The notes: generated by a model from the sequence alone, not told the origin. A stretch of 64,000 nucleotides of DNA from Pseudomonadota bacterium (GCA_040751755.1 JBFMHC010000015.1:19054-83053), one strand, 5' to 3'; shown: positions 51,918 through 61,527, counted from the first letter of the stretch. Translations and numbers: made by a program.

Positions 51918-53321
51918 TCAGGCAACCGCAAGCGCGGGGGTATCAACGTCCAGCCAGCCGCGCTCGCGCACCTCGTCGAGCGTGGCATCGAGGCAGACGC
52001 GAATGCGCCGCATCAGCTCGTCGATATCGGCCTCGGTGCACACCAGGGGCGGGGCGATGATCATGCGGTCGCCCACCGCGCGCATGATCAGGCCGTTGCG
52101 GAAGCAATGGTCGCGGCACAACATGCCCACCTCGAGGGCCGGATCGAAGGCCACGTGCCTCGCCTTGTCCTTCATCAGCACCAGCCCGCCAACCATGCCG
52201 CAGGTCTCCGCGCCCGCCACCAGCGGATGCTCGTTGAGCGCGGCGAACTGCCGCGCCAGATAGGGGCCGGTCTCCTCCCTGACCCGCCGCACCAGGTCCT
52301 CGCGCTCGATCACGTCGAGGTTGGCGAGCGCCACCGCGCAGGCCACCGGATGGCCGGAATAGGTATAGCCGTGGTTGAACTCGCCGCCCTGCTCGATCAA
52401 CACCTCGGCGACGCGCTTGCCGACCACCACGCCGCCCAGCGGCACGTAACCGGAGGTCACGCCCTTGGCGAAGGTCATGAGGTCGGGCCGTGCGCCCATC
52501 AGCTCGGAGCCGAACCAGGTGCCGAGCCGGCCGAAGCCGCAGATCACCTCGTCGCAGATCAGCAGGATGCCGTACTTGTCGCAGATGCGCTGGATCTCCG
52601 GCCAGTAGGTCCTGGGCGGGATGATCACGCCGCCGGCGCCCTGCACCGGCTCGCCGATGAAGGCGGCGACCTTGTCCGCGCCGACCTCCAGGATCTTGGC
52701 CTCCAGCCAGCCCGCCGCCTCGATGCCGAAGGCGTCGCGGTCCATGTCCGGCGCGAGGCCGAAGTGGTAGGGCTGCTCGATGTGGACGATGCCGGGGATC
52801 GGCAGGCCGCCCTGGGCGTGCATGTAGGACATGCCGCCGAGCGAGGCGCCGCACATCGTCGAGCCGTGGTAGGCGTTCTTGCGGCTGATGATGACGCTGC
52901 GTTCCGGCTGGCCGAGCGTGGCCCAGTAGTGCCGCACCATGCGCACGATGGTGTCGTTCGACTCGGAACCGGAGGTGCCGAAGAACACGTGCGAGAAGCG
53001 CTCGCCGGCGAGGCCGACGATGCGCTCGGCGAGCCGCGCCGCCGGCACGTTGGTGGTCTTGAAGAAGCTGTTGTAGTAGGGCAGCGTCTCCATCTGCCGC
53101 GTCGCCGCCTCGATCAGCTCGCGGCGGCCATAGCCGACGTTGACGCACCACAGGCCGGACATGCCATCGAGGATCTGGTGCCCTTCCGAATCCCAGACGT
53201 AGATCCCCTCGGCCTTGGTGATGACGCGCGCGCCGATGCCGGCCAGCGACTTGTGGTCGGTGAAGGGGTGCAGGTAGTGCGCCGAATCCAGCGCCTGGAC
53301 TTGTTGGGTGGTGAGGGCCAT
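51918..53321 (-). CDS. spuC: class-III aminotransferase, putrescine--pyruvate transaminase-like
   Basis: ATG at 53321, 467 aa. HYLHPFTDHK, GLWCVNVGYGR, FFGTSGSESNDT, ICDEVICGFGRLG, and the PLP Lys in TFAKGVTSG. Confidence 0.8.
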   Translation of the reverse strand: MALTTQQVQALDSAHYLHPFTDHKSLAGIGARVITKAEGIYVWDSEGHQILDGMSGLWCVNVGYGRRELIEAATRQMETLPYYNSFFKTTNVPAARLAERIVGLAGERFSHVFFGTSGSESNDTIVRMVRHYWATLGQPERSVIISRKNAYHGSTMCGASLGGMSYMHAQGGLPIPGIVHIEQPYHFGLAPDMDRDAFGIEAAGWLEAKILEVGADKVAAFIGEPVQGAGGVIIPPRTYWPEIQRICDKYGILLICDEVICGFGRLGTWFGSELMGARPDLMTFAKGVTSGYVPLGGVVVGKRVAEVLIEQGGEFNHGYTYSGHPVACAVALANLDVIEREDLVRRVREETGPYLARQFAALNEHPLVAGAETCGMVGGLVLMKDKARHVAFDPALEVGMLCRDHCFRNGLIMRAVGDRMIIAPPLVCTEADIDELMRRIRVCLDATLDEVRERGWLDVDTPALAVA

Positions 53322-53353
53322 TTCGCTCTCCTCTCTGCGGCTCGTTATATGGA

Positions 53354-54724
53354 TCAGACGTGCATCAGCAGATGCTCGCGTTCCCAGGGACTGATCACGC
53401 GCATGAACTCCTCGTGCTCGGTCTCCTTCACCGCCGTGTAGACGTCGATGAAGTTCTTGCCCAGCACGTCGTGCAGCGGCGTGGCCGCCTCCAGCAGGCG
53501 CAGCGCCTCGGAGAGGCCGCGCGGCAGCTGGTAGTTGGAGTCGTAGGCGCTGCCGGTGGTGACCTCGCTCGGGTGCAGTTTCTCGACGATGCCGAGGTAG
53601 CCGCAGGCGAGGGTCACGGCCATCGCCAGGTAGGGGTTGGCGTCCGCGCCCACCACGCGGTTCTCGACGCGACGCGCCTCCGGATCGGAGAGCGGCACGC
53701 GGATGCCCACGGTGCGGTTGTCGTAGCCCCACTCGATGTTGATCGGCGCGGCGCCGTGGCGCACCACGCGGCGGTAGGAGTTCACATAGGGCGCGAGGAT
53801 CGCCATCGCCGAGGGCAGGTACTTCTGCAGGCCGGCGATGTAGTTCAGGAACAGCGGCGACTCGCTGCCGTCCGGGTTGCTGAAGATGTTCTGACCGGTC
53901 TTCACGTCCACCACGCTCTGGTGGATGTGCATGGCGGACCCCGGTTCGTTGGTCATCGGCTTGGCCATGAAGGTGGCGTACATGTCGTGGCGCAGGGCCG
54001 CCTCGCGCAGGGTGCGCTTGAAGAAGAACACCTTGTCCGCCAGCACCATCGGGTCGTCATGCAGGAAGTTGATCTCCATCTGGCCGGCGCCGAACTCGTG
54101 GATCAGCGTGTCCAGCTCCAGCTCCATGGTGTCGCAGTAGTCGTAGATGTCCTCGAACAGCGGGTCGAACTCATTCACCGCGTCGATGCTGTACAACTGG
54201 CGGCTGGTCTCGGAACGGCCGCTGCGGCCCACAGGCGGCACCAGCGGCTGGTTCGGATCGGTGTTGCGCGCCAGCAGGTAGAACTCCAGTTCCGGCGCGA
54301 CGATCGGCTGCCAGCCCATGTTGGCGTACAGCTCGGAGACGCGGCGCAGCACGTTGCGCGGCGCGAAGTCCACAGCGCGGCCGTCGTGGAAGAAGCAGTC
54401 CATGATCACCTGCGCCGTCGGGTCCACCGCCCAGGGCACCAGGCGCACCGTCGTGGGGTCGGGGGTGAGCACCATGTCGCGGTCGGTGAAGCCGAACACG
54501 TTGTCGTAGCCTTCGTGGCCCTCCGGCGACTCGCCGGTCACGGTCACGCCCAGCACCGCCTCGGGCAGGCGCATGGCCCGCTCGGCGGTGAACTTCTCGC
54601 GCGGCAGGATCTTGCCGCGCGCCACCCCGGTGAGGTCGGGGACCAGGCATTCGATCTCGGTGACGCGCTTCTCGGTCAGCCAGTTCTCCATGTCGGTATG
54701 GGAAAAGTTCTTGTGCTCGGACAT
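53354..54724 (-). CDS. puuA: gamma-glutamylputrescine synthetase (GS family)
   Basis: The preferred ATG is at 54724 (GGAGA lies 5 nt upstream); the alternative is 54736. APELEFYL, HEFGAGQMEINF, KPMTNEPGSAMHIHQS, NSYRR, and NRVVGADANPY. Confidence 0.85.
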   Translation of the reverse strand: MSEHKNFSHTDMENWLTEKRVTEIECLVPDLTGVARGKILPREKFTAERAMRLPEAVLGVTVTGESPEGHEGYDNVFGFTDRDMVLTPDPTTVRLVPWAVDPTAQVIMDCFFHDGRAVDFAPRNVLRRVSELYANMGWQPIVAPELEFYLLARNTDPNQPLVPPVGRSGRSETSRQLYSIDAVNEFDPLFEDIYDYCDTMELELDTLIHEFGAGQMEINFLHDDPMVLADKVFFFKRTLREAALRHDMYATFMAKPMTNEPGSAMHIHQSVVDVKTGQNIFSNPDGSESPLFLNYIAGLQKYLPSAMAILAPYVNSYRRVVRHGAAPINIEWGYDNRTVGIRVPLSDPEARRVENRVVGADANPYLAMAVTLACGYLGIVEKLHPSEVTTGSAYDSNYQLPRGLSEALRLLEAATPLHDVLGKNFIDVYTAVKETEHEEFMRVISPWEREHLLMHV

Positions 54725-54750
54725 TCGTGTCTCCATTGCTTATGTTTTTC

Positions 54751-55521
54751 TCAGCTTGCTGCTCGTCCCCGCGCCACCCGCGCCCGACAGGCATCGCCGA
54801 AGGCGCGGAAGAGCGCGAGATAAGGGGGGGTGTCGAGGACCTTCCATTCGGGGTGCCACTGCACCGCGAGGGCGAAGGCCGGCGCATCGGCGACGCTGAC
54901 CGCCTCGACCAGGCCGTCGGGCGCATGGGCCTCCGCCACCAGGCCGCCGGCCAGACGGTCGATGCCCTGGCCGTGCAGGGAATTGACCATGAACTCGCGC
55001 GCGCCGGTGATGCGCTCCAGCATGCCGCCCGCCACCGTGCGCACCGGGTGCACCTGCGCGTACTGGCCATCGAGCGGCAAGTCGCCGTCCTCGCGGTGAT
55101 CGGCGTGGGCGCCGGTCTCGTGCACCGCCTGATGCAGGCTGCCGCCGAACGCCACGTTGATCTCCTGGAAGCCGCGGCAGATGCCGAGCAGGGGGATGCC
55201 GGCGGAGACGGCGGCGCGAATCAGGCCGAGGGTCAGACCGTCGCGCTCCGGGTCCAGGGGCAGCGCGGGGTTGCGCACCTCCTGGCCGAAGTGCGAGGGG
55301 TGCACGTTGGAGACCGCACCAGGCAGGAGGATGCCGTCGGCGATACCGAGCAGCGCGTCGATGTCGCTCGCCGAGCCCAGGGCGGGGACGATCAGGGGCA
55401 GCGCCTGCGCCGCCTGTACCACGGCATTGACGTATTTGTGCCCCGCCACGTGGAAGGGGTGATCGCCGATCTGCCTGTGGTCCGCCGGCAGCAGGACCAC
55501 CGGGGTACGAAACTCTGTCAT
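54751..55521 (-). CDS. puuD: gamma-glutamyl-gamma-aminobutyrate hydrolase (C26 class-I amidotransferase)
   Basis: The preferred ATG is at 55521 (MTEFRTPVV...). The nucleophile elbow is GICRGFQ and the catalytic His-Glu is in QWHPEW. Confidence 0.85.
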   Translation of the reverse strand: MTEFRTPVVLLPADHRQIGDHPFHVAGHKYVNAVVQAAQALPLIVPALGSASDIDALLGIADGILLPGAVSNVHPSHFGQEVRNPALPLDPERDGLTLGLIRAAVSAGIPLLGICRGFQEINVAFGGSLHQAVHETGAHADHREDGDLPLDGQYAQVHPVRTVAGGMLERITGAREFMVNSLHGQGIDRLAGGLVAEAHAPDGLVEAVSVADAPAFALAVQWHPEWKVLDTPPYLALFRAFGDACRARVARGRAAS

Positions 55522-55781
55522 TTGCACACCTGGAACCATTGCAACAGGTTCATGGCCTCCCGGGTAATTGGCACCATCGAGAAACCAAAACCGACTCTTT
55601 CAAACATACACTTCAAAGACGCCAAGAGAAACCGCAAAAAAACAATAACATCATGTTTTTCATGATTATTTTCTTGCGCCATCGACCGGCTTGGGGCTAT
55701 TCTTCTCCCCGATTGGCGTCTATACAAGAGCCATTTTGATTAATTCATTGGTACCACTCGCAGACCACACGGACGGACATC

Positions 55782-57278
55782 GTGGACTCACTGACCATCG
55801 CCGAATGGCTGGCGACCGAACTCCGGCAGGGCCGCTTCCCGCAACGCATGCCGGCACACCGCCGGGTATACGAGGCGATCCGCCGCGCCATCGCCAGCCA
55901 CCACCTCACCCCCGGCACCCGCCTGCCCTCCACGCGCAGCCTCGCCGACGCCCTCGGCATGTCGCGCAACACCCTGCTGGCGGCCTTCGAGCAGCTGCTG
56001 GACGAAGGCTACGTGGTCTCGCGCACGGGCAGCGGCACGCACGTCGCCTCCACCCCGCCTGAGGACTTCGACGCAGCACCGGACGACGCGGCAGGCGGCG
56101 AGCCCAACCAGGACAGGCCGGCGATCGGCCTGTCGCGGCGCGGCACGGTGGCGGTGGGCAGGCCCGACGGCCCAAGCTACGAGGTGCAGCCGTTCGCGCC
56201 CGGCGAGGACGACTTCTCCGCCTTCCCCACGCAGTTGTGGCGTCGCCTGCTCAACCGCCAGTGGCGCGACCCGCAGCCCGCGCATCTGGACTACGGCCAC
56301 GCCGGCGGCCATCTGCCGCTGCGCCGCGCCATCGCCAACTACCTGCGCATGTCGCGCGCGGTGAACCTGACCGTGGAGCAGGTCATCATCACCTCCGGCA
56401 CGCAGCAGTCCATCGACCTGTGCGCGCGCCTGCTCACCGACCACGGCGACCGCGTATGGGTGGAGAACCCCTGCTACTGGGGGGCGCGCCGCGTGCTCGA
56501 GGTGAACGGCCTCGACCTCTACCCGGTGGCGGTGGACGACGAGGGCATGGCCCCCGGCTACGAGGACTTCCGCAACGCGCCGCGCCTGATCTACACCACG
56601 CCCTCGCACCAGTACCCCAAGGGCGTGGTGATGAGCTACGGCCGGCGCCGACTGCTGCTCGACTACGCCGCCAGCAAGGAGGCGTGGATCCTCGAGGACG
56701 ACTACGACAGCGAGTTCCGCTTCGAAGGCCGGCCGCTCTCCTCCCTGCAGGGCATGGACCAGAACGGCCGCGTGCTCTACCTGGGCACCTTCTCCAAGGT
56801 CATGTATCCGGGCATCAAACTGGGCTACCTGGTGGTGCCACCCAGCCTGGCGGAGAGCTTCAAGCGCGGCCTCTACGAGCTGCAGCGGCCGGGCCAGGTG
56901 GTCATCCAGGCGGCGCTCGCCGAGTTCATCGAGGAGGGCCACTTCGCCAGCCACATCCGCCGCCTGCGCCAGATCTACGCCGAACGGCGGCGCCTGCTGC
57001 AGAAGGCGCTGGCCCCCGTCACCCGGGTCGGCGCGCGCCTGCCGCCGGCGGGCTCCGGCCTGCACCTGCTGGTGCAGCTGCCACCGGGCTGCGATGACAT
57101 CCGCGTCGCCGAACTGGCGGCCGAACAGGGCCTGCGCGTCTATCCCCTGTCCTGCTACGGAGTCGGCGAACGGCGAGAGAAGGGACTGATCGTCGGCTAC
57201 GCCTACGCGGCGAGCGAGCGCATCGCGCCCTACGGCCGCATCCTCGCGGACGTGATCCAGGCGGCGTTGAGCCACTGA
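55782..57278 (+). CDS. MocR/GabR-type regulator (GntR wHTH fused to a fold-type-I aminotransferase-like domain)
   Basis: GTG start. The wHTH is LPSTRSLADALGMSRNTLLAAFEQLLDEGYVVSRTGSGTHV. The AAT-like domain has the PLP Lys motif TFSKVMYPGIKLGY. Confidence 0.85.
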   Translation: MDSLTIAEWLATELRQGRFPQRMPAHRRVYEAIRRAIASHHLTPGTRLPSTRSLADALGMSRNTLLAAFEQLLDEGYVVSRTGSGTHVASTPPEDFDAAPDDAAGGEPNQDRPAIGLSRRGTVAVGRPDGPSYEVQPFAPGEDDFSAFPTQLWRRLLNRQWRDPQPAHLDYGHAGGHLPLRRAIANYLRMSRAVNLTVEQVIITSGTQQSIDLCARLLTDHGDRVWVENPCYWGARRVLEVNGLDLYPVAVDDEGMAPGYEDFRNAPRLIYTTPSHQYPKGVVMSYGRRRLLLDYAASKEAWILEDDYDSEFRFEGRPLSSLQGMDQNGRVLYLGTFSKVMYPGIKLGYLVVPPSLAESFKRGLYELQRPGQVVIQAALAEFIEEGHFASHIRRLRQIYAERRRLLQKALAPVTRVGARLPPAGSGLHLLVQLPPGCDDIRVAELAAEQGLRVYPLSCYGVGERREKGLIVGYAYAASERIAPYGRILADVIQAALSH

Positions 57279-57418
57279 TCTCCGCCACCTCGCTCATCAC
57301 GCCCCCCCCAAACAGGCGGTTAATTAAATTACCCTGTACTGATATAACATCGGCCTTGCCGGCGCCAAAAACAAGAACCGAACGCATCGTTCAATCAGCC
57401 CGGCTGAGGAGACCTCCC

Positions 57419-59089
57419 ATGAAAGAGCCTTTCAAGGTTGCGTTGATCAGCAGCCTGGAGACCGCGAACGCCCTGGAAGCGGCCCTGGCGCATGCCGATG
57501 CGCGGGCGACGTTTCTGCTGCACGCCGCCGACTCAGCGGCAGACCTGAAACGACTGCCCGGGCAACCTGCCTGGGATCTCATCCTCAGCGACCTGGAACG
57601 CCCGGGCTATAGCGCCCTGGACCTCACCGGCCCCGACGGCGACCCGCACGCACCCATCGTCCTCATCGCCGGCAGCGGCCCCGACGAACTTGCCGCGCAA
57701 TGCCTGCAAGCCGGCCTGGGCCCCTTCCTCCCCCTGGACGACGCGCATCTCGCCCGCCTGCCCGCACTGCTGCGCGCCTTTATCGAGCATGACCGCCGGG
57801 AATCCGCGCGCTGCCGGGCGGAAACCCGCCTGCGCGAGAGCGAGGAGCGCTACCAGGACATCTTCGACAGCACCAGCGACCTGGTGCAGTGCGTCGCCCC
57901 GGACGGCACCTTCCTCTACACCAACCGAACCTGGCGGGACACACTCGGCTACACGCAGGATGAGATCGCGCGCCTGCGCCTGACCGACATCCTGCACCCG
58001 GACAGCATGATCTGCTGCCAGGACCGCTTCCAGCGCCTGATGGGCGGGGAGTCGCTGGCCTGCATCGAATTCATGTTCAGGGCCAAGTCCGGCGAGACGG
58101 TCCACCTGCACGGCGATTGCGGTTCGATCGTGCGCAACGGCGAGACCATCTACACGCGCGGCATCTTCCGCAACATCACCGACACCGTGCGGGCCGAAGC
58201 CGCTTTGCGGGCCAGCGAGGCCCGCTACCAGAGGCTCTACGACATCGCCCCGGACGTGTATGCCCTGCTCAACCCGCTCGGCGAGATCCTCTCCATCAAC
58301 CGCACGGGCGCCCAGCTCCTCGGCTACGACGTGGACGAACTGGTCGGCGAATCGGCGGCCAAGCTGATCCACCCGGCCGACCAGGCGGGCGTGTTCGCCT
58401 ACATCGAGCGTCAGTTCGCCGCCCCCACCCGCGACGACGGCATCGAATACCGCAAACTTCGCAAGGACGGCACGGTCTTCTGGGTCCACCAGCGCGTCAC
58501 CCTGGAGGCCGGCGGCCCGGAACCGCGCATGCTGGTGGTGTGCCGGGACGTGAACGAACGAGTCAAGCTGCGCGAGCAACTCTCCTACCAGGCCACCCAC
58601 GACACGCTCACCAACCTGATCAACCGCCGCGAGTTCGAACAGCGCCTGCACCGGCTGCTCACGGGCGCGGTCGACAAGCAGGAGCAGCATGCCCTGTGTT
58701 TCCTGGACCTGGACCGCTTCAAGGCCATCAACGATTCCTGCGGCCACATCGCCGGCGACGAGCTGTTGCGCCAGATCGCCGCCCTCATGGACGGCCAGAT
58801 GCGCTCCCGCGACACCCTGGCGCGGCTGGGCGGCGACGAATTCGCCATCCTCATGGAGCACTGCCCGGTCACCAAGGCCGTGCAGCTGGCCGAACAGATC
58901 CGCGCCTCGCTCGAACACTTCGTATTCCACTGGCGTGACCAGCGCTTCTCCCTCGGCGTCAGCATCGGTGTCGTCCCCGTCGTCGCCGGCCAGGGTGTCA
59001 TCGACACCCTGAGCCGTGCCGATGCCGCCTGCTACGCCGCCAAGCGGGCCGGCCGCAACCGCATCCACGCCGAGGCGCTGGCGGCCTAG
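57419..59089 (+). CDS. diguanylate cyclase: degenerate receiver-like domain + 2 PAS + GGDEF
   Basis: ATG at 57419 behind GAGGAG. Two PAS repeats (ERYQDIFDSTSDLV..., ARYQRLYDIAPDVY...). The active site is RLGGDEF, with the I-site RSRD 5 residues upstream. Confidence 0.85.
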   Translation: MKEPFKVALISSLETANALEAALAHADARATFLLHAADSAADLKRLPGQPAWDLILSDLERPGYSALDLTGPDGDPHAPIVLIAGSGPDELAAQCLQAGLGPFLPLDDAHLARLPALLRAFIEHDRRESARCRAETRLRESEERYQDIFDSTSDLVQCVAPDGTFLYTNRTWRDTLGYTQDEIARLRLTDILHPDSMICCQDRFQRLMGGESLACIEFMFRAKSGETVHLHGDCGSIVRNGETIYTRGIFRNITDTVRAEAALRASEARYQRLYDIAPDVYALLNPLGEILSINRTGAQLLGYDVDELVGESAAKLIHPADQAGVFAYIERQFAAPTRDDGIEYRKLRKDGTVFWVHQRVTLEAGGPEPRMLVVCRDVNERVKLREQLSYQATHDTLTNLINRREFEQRLHRLLTGAVDKQEQHALCFLDLDRFKAINDSCGHIAGDELLRQIAALMDGQMRSRDTLARLGGDEFAILMEHCPVTKAVQLAEQIRASLEHFVFHWRDQRFSLGVSIGVVPVVAGQGVIDTLSRADAACYAAKRAGRNRIHAEALAA

Positions 59090-59105
59090 ACAGGCCCGGC
59101 CACGC

Positions 59106-60407
59106 CTAGCCCAGCGCGTCGCGCAGGCGGTACCAGGCCATGCCCAGCACCAGCGCCGGGGTGCGCAGCAGGCGCCCGCCCGGGAAGTCGTGGTGCGGGA
59201 TGCGCGCCATCAGGTCGAGCCGCTCCGCCTGCCCGGCGATCGCCTCCGCCGCCAGCCGCCCTGCCATGCCGGTGAGCGCCACGCCGTGGCCGGAGAAGCC
59301 CTGCAGGTAGTAGACGTTGGGCGCGACGCGGCCGAAGTCCGGGGCGCGGTTCATGGTGATGTCGACGAAGCCGCCCCAGGCGTATTCCACCTTCACCCCC
59401 GCGAGCTGCGGGAACACCAGGGCCATGCGCTTCTGCATGTCCGACTTGAGGTTGGGCGGGGTCATGGTGCTGTAGCTGACGCGGCCGCCGAACAGCATGC
59501 GGTGGTCGGCGGAGAAGCGGAAATAGTCGAGCACGAAGTTCGAGTCGCACACCGCCGAGCCGGAAGGGATGAGGCGCGCCACCCGCTCCGGGTCGATGGG
59601 CTCGGTGCCGACGATGTAGGTGCCCACCGGCATGATGCGCCGCGCCAGGGCCGGCGCCAGTTTGGGCGCCACCTCCGGCAGATACATGTTGCCGGCCAGC
59701 ACCACGTAGCGCGCCTTCACGCTGCCGAGGTCGGTGCGCAGCACGGCCGGCTCGTCCCGCGTCATGGAGCGCACCGGCGACTGCGCGAAGATGCGCACGC
59801 CCAGGCCCTCGGCGGCACGCGCCAGGCCAAGGGTGTAGTTGAGCGGGTGGAGGTGGCCGGAACGCGGATCGTGGTAGCCGCTGTGGAAGCGCGGGCTGTC
59901 GATCCAGTCGCGCAGCCGGTGCGGCTCGATCCACTGCGCCGCGTAGTCGTAGCGCCGCGCCATGTCCTCGTGCCACTCGCGCAGCGCCGCGCCCTTGCGC
60001 GCGCCCACGGCGACGCCGAGGAAACCGTCCTTCAGGTCGCAGTCGATGGCGAACTCCCTGACCCGCTCGCGCACCAGATCGAGCGCCTCCAGGGTGATGT
60101 CCCAGGCCTGGCGCGCGGCGTCGAGGCCCAGCGCCTTCTCGATCACCGCCTGCTCGCAGGCGAGACCGGCGATGATCTGCCCGCCGTTGCGGCCGCTCGC
60201 GCCCCAGCCCACGGTCTCCGCCTCCAGCACCACCACGGAGTAGCCGCGCCGCGCCAGCTCGATGGCCGCGGACAGGCCAGCCAGGCCGCCGCCCACCACG
60301 CACACGTCGGCGGTCGCGTCGCCCTGCAGGCGCGGGTGATCGGGCCGCGCGTTGGCGCTGGCGGTGTAGTAGGAGTTGTGGGTCAGCTTCTGTTCGCAGG
60401 CCAGCAT
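59106..60407 (-). CDS. puuB: FAD-dependent oxidoreductase (gamma-glutamylputrescine oxidase-like)
   Basis: The preferred ATG is at 60407. The dinucleotide fold is DVCVVGGGLAGLSAAIELARRG, followed by a DAO-family body. Confidence 0.75.
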   Translation of the reverse strand: MLACEQKLTHNSYYTASANARPDHPRLQGDATADVCVVGGGLAGLSAAIELARRGYSVVVLEAETVGWGASGRNGGQIIAGLACEQAVIEKALGLDAARQAWDITLEALDLVRERVREFAIDCDLKDGFLGVAVGARKGAALREWHEDMARRYDYAAQWIEPHRLRDWIDSPRFHSGYHDPRSGHLHPLNYTLGLARAAEGLGVRIFAQSPVRSMTRDEPAVLRTDLGSVKARYVVLAGNMYLPEVAPKLAPALARRIMPVGTYIVGTEPIDPERVARLIPSGSAVCDSNFVLDYFRFSADHRMLFGGRVSYSTMTPPNLKSDMQKRMALVFPQLAGVKVEYAWGGFVDITMNRAPDFGRVAPNVYYLQGFSGHGVALTGMAGRLAAEAIAGQAERLDLMARIPHHDFPGGRLLRTPALVLGMAWYRLRDALG

Positions 60408-60420
60408 GGACTCGTTTCCT

Positions 60421-61383
60421 TCACTTGTCGGCACGCGCGGCGTCACGCGCCGCGATCCGCCCGCACAGCCAGGTCCAGACCAGGGTCGCCGCCGCGTTGC
60501 TGGTCAGCTCGGCATGGTCGTAGGGCGGCGCCACCTCGGTCAGGTCCATGCCCACCCAGTTCAGGTCGTGCCAGGCCTCCAGCAGGGTCATCGCCTGCGC
60601 GCTGGTGAGGCCGCCCGGTTCCGGCGTGCCGGTGCCCGGGGCGAAGGCCGGGTCGAGGGCGTCGATGTCGAAGGTCAGGTAGAGCGGCGGGTTGCCCGCC
60701 CCGGCCATGCGCGCACGCACCTCGTCGATCACGTCCTGCAGCGCCGCGCCGTCGCGGCCGCGCAGCTCGCGCCCGGTGTAGATGCGGCCACCCTGCTCGT
60801 TCACGTACTCGCGCGCCTCGCGCACGCCGGAGGAGCGGATGCCCACCTGCACGAAGGCCTCCGGCACCACCAGCCCCTCGGTGAAGGCCTCGTACACCCA
60901 GGTGCCGTGCCCGGAGGGCTCGCCGAAGTGGTCCACCCAGGTGTCGCAATGCGCGTCGAAGTGGATGCAGGCCAGAGGCTGGCCGTAGTGGGCGCGGTAG
61001 GCGCGCAGCAGCGGCAGGGTGATGGAGTGGTCGCCGCCCAGCCAGACCATCTCGTGGCGGCCGATCAGCGCGGCGGCCTGCGGCATCAGCGCCGCGCGCA
61101 TGGCCTCCAGGCCGGTGTTGGGCAACGGCAGGTCGCCCAGGTCGGCCATCAAATCGAGCGGCGTGGTGTCGAACCAGGGGTGCGTGGCGTCGCACAGCAT
61201 GCGGCTGGCCTGGCGGATCGCCCCCGGCCCCATGCGCGCGCCGGGGCGGTTGGTGACGCTGCCGTCCCAGTTCACGCCGGCCACGGCGAAGGGCCGGCCG
61301 GAGCTCGCGGCGTCCGGCGCGTCGGGGGTGATCGGCAGGCCGAGGAAGCCGCCCGCGGACAGATAGGCAAAGGTGTGGTTCAT
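60421..61383 (-). CDS. speB: agmatinase / ureohydrolase family enzyme
   Basis: ATG at 61383, 320 aa. The Mn ligand blocks are GGDHSIT, HFDAHCD, and LTFDIDALDPAFAPGTGTPEPGG. Confidence 0.8.
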   Translation of the reverse strand: MNHTFAYLSAGGFLGLPITPDAPDAASSGRPFAVAGVNWDGSVTNRPGARMGPGAIRQASRMLCDATHPWFDTTPLDLMADLGDLPLPNTGLEAMRAALMPQAAALIGRHEMVWLGGDHSITLPLLRAYRAHYGQPLACIHFDAHCDTWVDHFGEPSGHGTWVYEAFTEGLVVPEAFVQVGIRSSGVREAREYVNEQGGRIYTGRELRGRDGAALQDVIDEVRARMAGAGNPPLYLTFDIDALDPAFAPGTGTPEPGGLTSAQAMTLLEAWHDLNWVGMDLTEVAPPYDHAELTSNAAATLVWTWLCGRIAARDAARADK

Positions 61384-61472
61384 GGCATCGCTCGTCTCGG
61401 GCAATTCGGCGGTTCGGCCAGGGTGTTGGAAAGCGCGAACGGGTTTGATTAGGATACTAACCCAGCCAATGG

Positions 61473-61527
61473 CCCACTTAATAAGACCACTTTGCACAAA
61501 AACAATGGAGCCACTTTGGCAAAAACC
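61473..61527. promoter_or_regulatory. direct CCACTT(T) repeats in the speB / transaminase divergent region
   Basis: CCCACTTAATAAG (61473), ACCACTTTGCACAAAAAC (61486) and GCCACTTTGGCAAAAACC (61510). The last two share about 15 of 17 positions, 24 bp apart. Confidence 0.35.

Noticed and set aside
55566-55585. TTGGCACCATCGAGAAA as a sigma54 (-24/-12) promoter.
   Set aside because: The -24 TGGCAC is present, but the -12 position reads AGAA instead of TTGC. I saw no bacterial enhancer-binding protein gene nearby. Other TGG..TTGC look-alikes, such as 55531-55545 and 51860-51885, have the wrong spacing or orientation.
55653-55739. A 28-codon uORF (MFFMIIFLRHRPAWGYSSPRLASIQEPF) in the AT-rich region upstream of the MocR gene, considered as a possible leader peptide.
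   Set aside because: It has no RBS and no attenuator-like alternative hairpins. AT-rich DNA generates Phe/Ile/Met-rich ORFs by chance. I keep it only as a remote possibility.
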